A DNA stretch of 64,000 nt from assembly GCA_026914245.1 (NCBI GenBank), contig CP110439.1, positions 4,216,001 through 4,280,000 of the forward strand, read 5' to 3'. The notes under the pieces are model-generated. The model worked only from the letters and a program-made list of their open reading frames with translations, did not search any database and was not told the origin of the DNA. Origin of the DNA: Puccinia triticina (lineage: Eukaryota). Positions 61,246 to 64,000 of this stretch are shown here, one piece after another. Position numbers and translations under genes: made by a program. Numbering within the stretch: the first letter of the stretch is position 1; every line of letters starts with the position of its first letter.

Positions 61246-63670
61246 CCTTGAAAGAATATTTTTTGGAGTGGAATTGGGTTCACTCCAAAATTTTTGGAGT
61301 GCATCATGGGTACACTCCAAAAAACAGGCTTTTTTGGAGTGTAATTTTGTTCACTCCAACAAAATTTGGAGTAGACTATGGTTCACTCCAATGAAAGTTG
61401 GAGTGGACTACTGTTCACTCCATTTTTGGAGTGGATGAAGTAATTTTTTGGTGTGTATTTAGCCTGCCCCTTATTTAAACCTGAGGTTACCTTTTCTATA
61501 GAAATTCTTGATTGTTTGAATTTGCAATGGATCAAACTGAATCATTGTAAACTTTTCAATCTTTAGGCTCACAAAGGAGCCTTATATCTTGGGCTTGATG
61601 TGTGGCAATCACCCAACGGATTTGATATCCTTGGCACGGTGATCTACCAATTAGTAGAAGGCAGCGGCGGTGATATGAAGCTAGAGGCTATGCCTCTCGA
61701 CTTTCTTCGGCTGTCTCATAGGCACACTGGTGAGTAATTGGCCAAGACAGTCTCTTTAGTTGTGGAAAAATTCAGAATTAAGGACAAGGTGAGAGGTTTT
61801 TTTGAGTTGTTTACTATGATTTTATTGTTTGCTTTCTTTGATACTGACAACACAATATCATATTTAGAGATGTGGTTTTGTGAGCAACAACGTCAACAAT
61901 AACAAAGTAATGGTGAGGGAGCTCCAGAAGCTTCAGTGGCCTTCTTTTAGGGGCAAGCCGGATTGGATATGCTATTTTGCACATATCTTTAACCTGATCG
62001 TTCAGGCCATTTTACAGTTGTTTGGTAACAAGAAGCAAAAAAATATGAGTTCAATTGATGCAGATGTTGACTCGGATGGGTCACAAAGTGGAGAGGATGG
62101 CACTGTGGATCAAATCAGAATGTGAGTCCAACTCTCATTCCTCTGTAATGAACCTAATATTTGCTCAATGTTCTTGGATGCTACTCTAGTATTTCCCAAG
62201 GCAAAAAGGATGATTCAACCCTGATACCAGATAAAGATCCCAAGGAGGAATCCCTCTCAGAAGATGAAGATTCACTCAGTGAGGGCAACATCAAAAGAGC
62301 TAGTGAAGAAGAAGATGATGATAACTATACAACTGATAGTTGCAAAATAACACTGGCTAAGGTATATAATTTATTTCTCTATGTATTAGGTTGCTTGAAT
62401 GGAACTAACTGAATTTTTCCTACAGTTTTGCTTGATCACTAAGAAGTTATTGTTCTCACCAAACTCAAAAGCCAAGTTTGTTGAGATTTGTCAAGAAAAG
62501 GAGTGTGAGACTCCACATAGCGTTGAGAGGGATGTGCGTACACAATGGAACTCGACGTTCTCTCAACTCCTAAGCATTCTTTGGTGTGAACCTGTGATGT
62601 AAGTCCTCTTTTTGCTTTGGTGGTAACTTACTCTCAATTAAATTTATTCTCTCCTGAATTTTCTAAGTCTTGAGTGGCAGTCTCTCAAGCAACACGGTAT
62701 TGAGAGCAAATATTACTTGGATCAGGCAGATCTAGACTTAGTGCGCAATCTAGTCCACATCCTGGGAATGTTGCAGGAGTTAACATATCTACTGCAGGGA
62801 TGTCTTGCCTGTCCAACATTTTTGTCTACATTGAACAAATCACAGAGCACTTGTCAACAGTTATCAGCAATATAAAATACCCTCTGGCACTGAGGAAGGC
62901 CTGCTGACATGGATTAAAGTTGACAAACAAATATTATAGCTTGAACGACTTGTCCCCGCTCTAAAGGATCTCAATTTGCACATATTTTTCTCTCTTGTTT
63001 GCCTGTTGTTACTCTTTCTGAACCACTTCATTAACAGTGCTTCACCTGTTGTTTAAGGACAAGTACTTCAAGCTGGCAAAATGGGAGCCTGGATGGATCA
63101 CCAAAGCAACATGTCTGGCCCGGGACATGTGGTCATTGTTTTACAAGCCGCAGCCACCTACTCCTCTGACTGCCCCAATGCCCGCCTCAAAGGTAGGTAT
63201 CACATTCAGATCAAACAGAAAACCAACATAAAATAAATCTAACAGATTTTTTTTGCGTCTATTTACAGCCCATGACGAGTATGCTTGCCGGCCTAAGCAA
63301 TGCTGCTGCGGCAAGAGGGGGCAACTGCTCAAACGACGCGCTTGATGTCTGGCTGTCCGGTGGCCTTATACTCAATGACAATGAGCCAGTGGATCCTCTG
63401 AAGTGGTGGATCACACAGAAGCATTTGGGAAACATGAATGGTGGACTTGTGGACATGGCACTGGATGTCTTAAGTTGTCCAGGTGAGTTAAATATTTGTG
63501 CGCTTCTTTCTTGTATTTCTGATTCTGATTCCTCTTTGACTTGATCCTGCAGCAACATCTGTTGATGTTGAGAAAGATTTTAGCTTAGGCTTGGATTAAG
63601 CAACACAGACTCAAGCATGTCTCAATAAGCAGGGGGATGACCATAGCCTTCTATTCAAAGAACATGTTAA
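59640..63670 (+). pseudogene. Decayed multi-intron hAT-type transposase
   Basis: BED-like YPCKL/CGTKINRPTSDSSCSNL; GLDVWQSPNG; CYFAHIFNLIV; DVRTQWNST; LHLLFK; DPLKWW...MALDVLSCP/ATSVDVEKDFS; many stops. Confidence 0.85.
60570..61470. mobile_element. Non-autonomous element with TIRs of about 270 bp, GGGG termini and 8-bp TSD (Mutator-like)
   Basis: ggggcaggctaaat... / ...atttagcctgcccc; TSD TTATTTAA; arms built from cactcc/ggagtg motifs. Confidence 0.93.
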
Positions 63671-64000
63671 AGCTGAGAACTGAGGTCAAGGCTGAGAGCA
63701 AGGACAGAGGGGGCCTGAGGGGGCCCGGGGAACAACAAGCTCAGAGATACTATGAGTGAGACAACAAAAGGGGCCAAGGGAGCCCTCTAGGAGAGCAAAA
63801 AGCTTCTAACTTGCGTGGCGGAAAATTGCACACGCTACAAGAGGTTGTATCCTGTAGAGACCTCAGGGAAATGCACGAAGAAGCAGATAGTTGTTATTTC
63901 TGTCTAAGCCATCATCCATGGATATATAAGCTATTACAAGTGGAGGGGCCAGAATGTGGGACAGAAGGGGAACTATGCATATTAAATCTGGAGGGATTGA

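Noticed and set aside
63665..64000. Possible LTR at the window edge
   Set aside because: Only one end is visible and nothing in the window confirms it.

Overview
Eukaryotic, repeat-dominated DNA. The intron style, TE families and gene families are most consistent with a rust fungus (Pucciniales); this is an inference from recognition, with no search run. Four host genes are supportable: an 8-exon signal-peptide plus RING-H2 gene (6836-8352, -), a 7-exon Stealth-family glycan phosphotransferase (42028-44519, +) and two tandem 2-exon paralogues of unknown function (54163-55597 and 56343-57687, +). Most of the rest is nested mobile DNA whose ends and target-site duplications (TSDs) can be read directly: a decayed chromodomain Ty3/Gypsy element, several solo LTRs, three hAT-type transposase relics, foldback elements and MITEs. 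The most unusual locus is a five-part stack at 16.0-31.9 kb: a foldback element contains a gag-only LTR element, which contains a near-complete non-chromoviral Gypsy element (B) with an extra inverted LTR, and a MITE sits at that junction. Element B has (i) a 51-nt primer-binding site copied from mature, spliced tRNA-Tyr that stops at tRNA position 26, (ii) U3 ends at both outer junctions flanked by one 4-bp TSD, (iii) a -1 frameshift signal after the protease and (iv) four dispersed copies of a conserved hairpin. Coordinates were counted by hand and may be off by a few bases.
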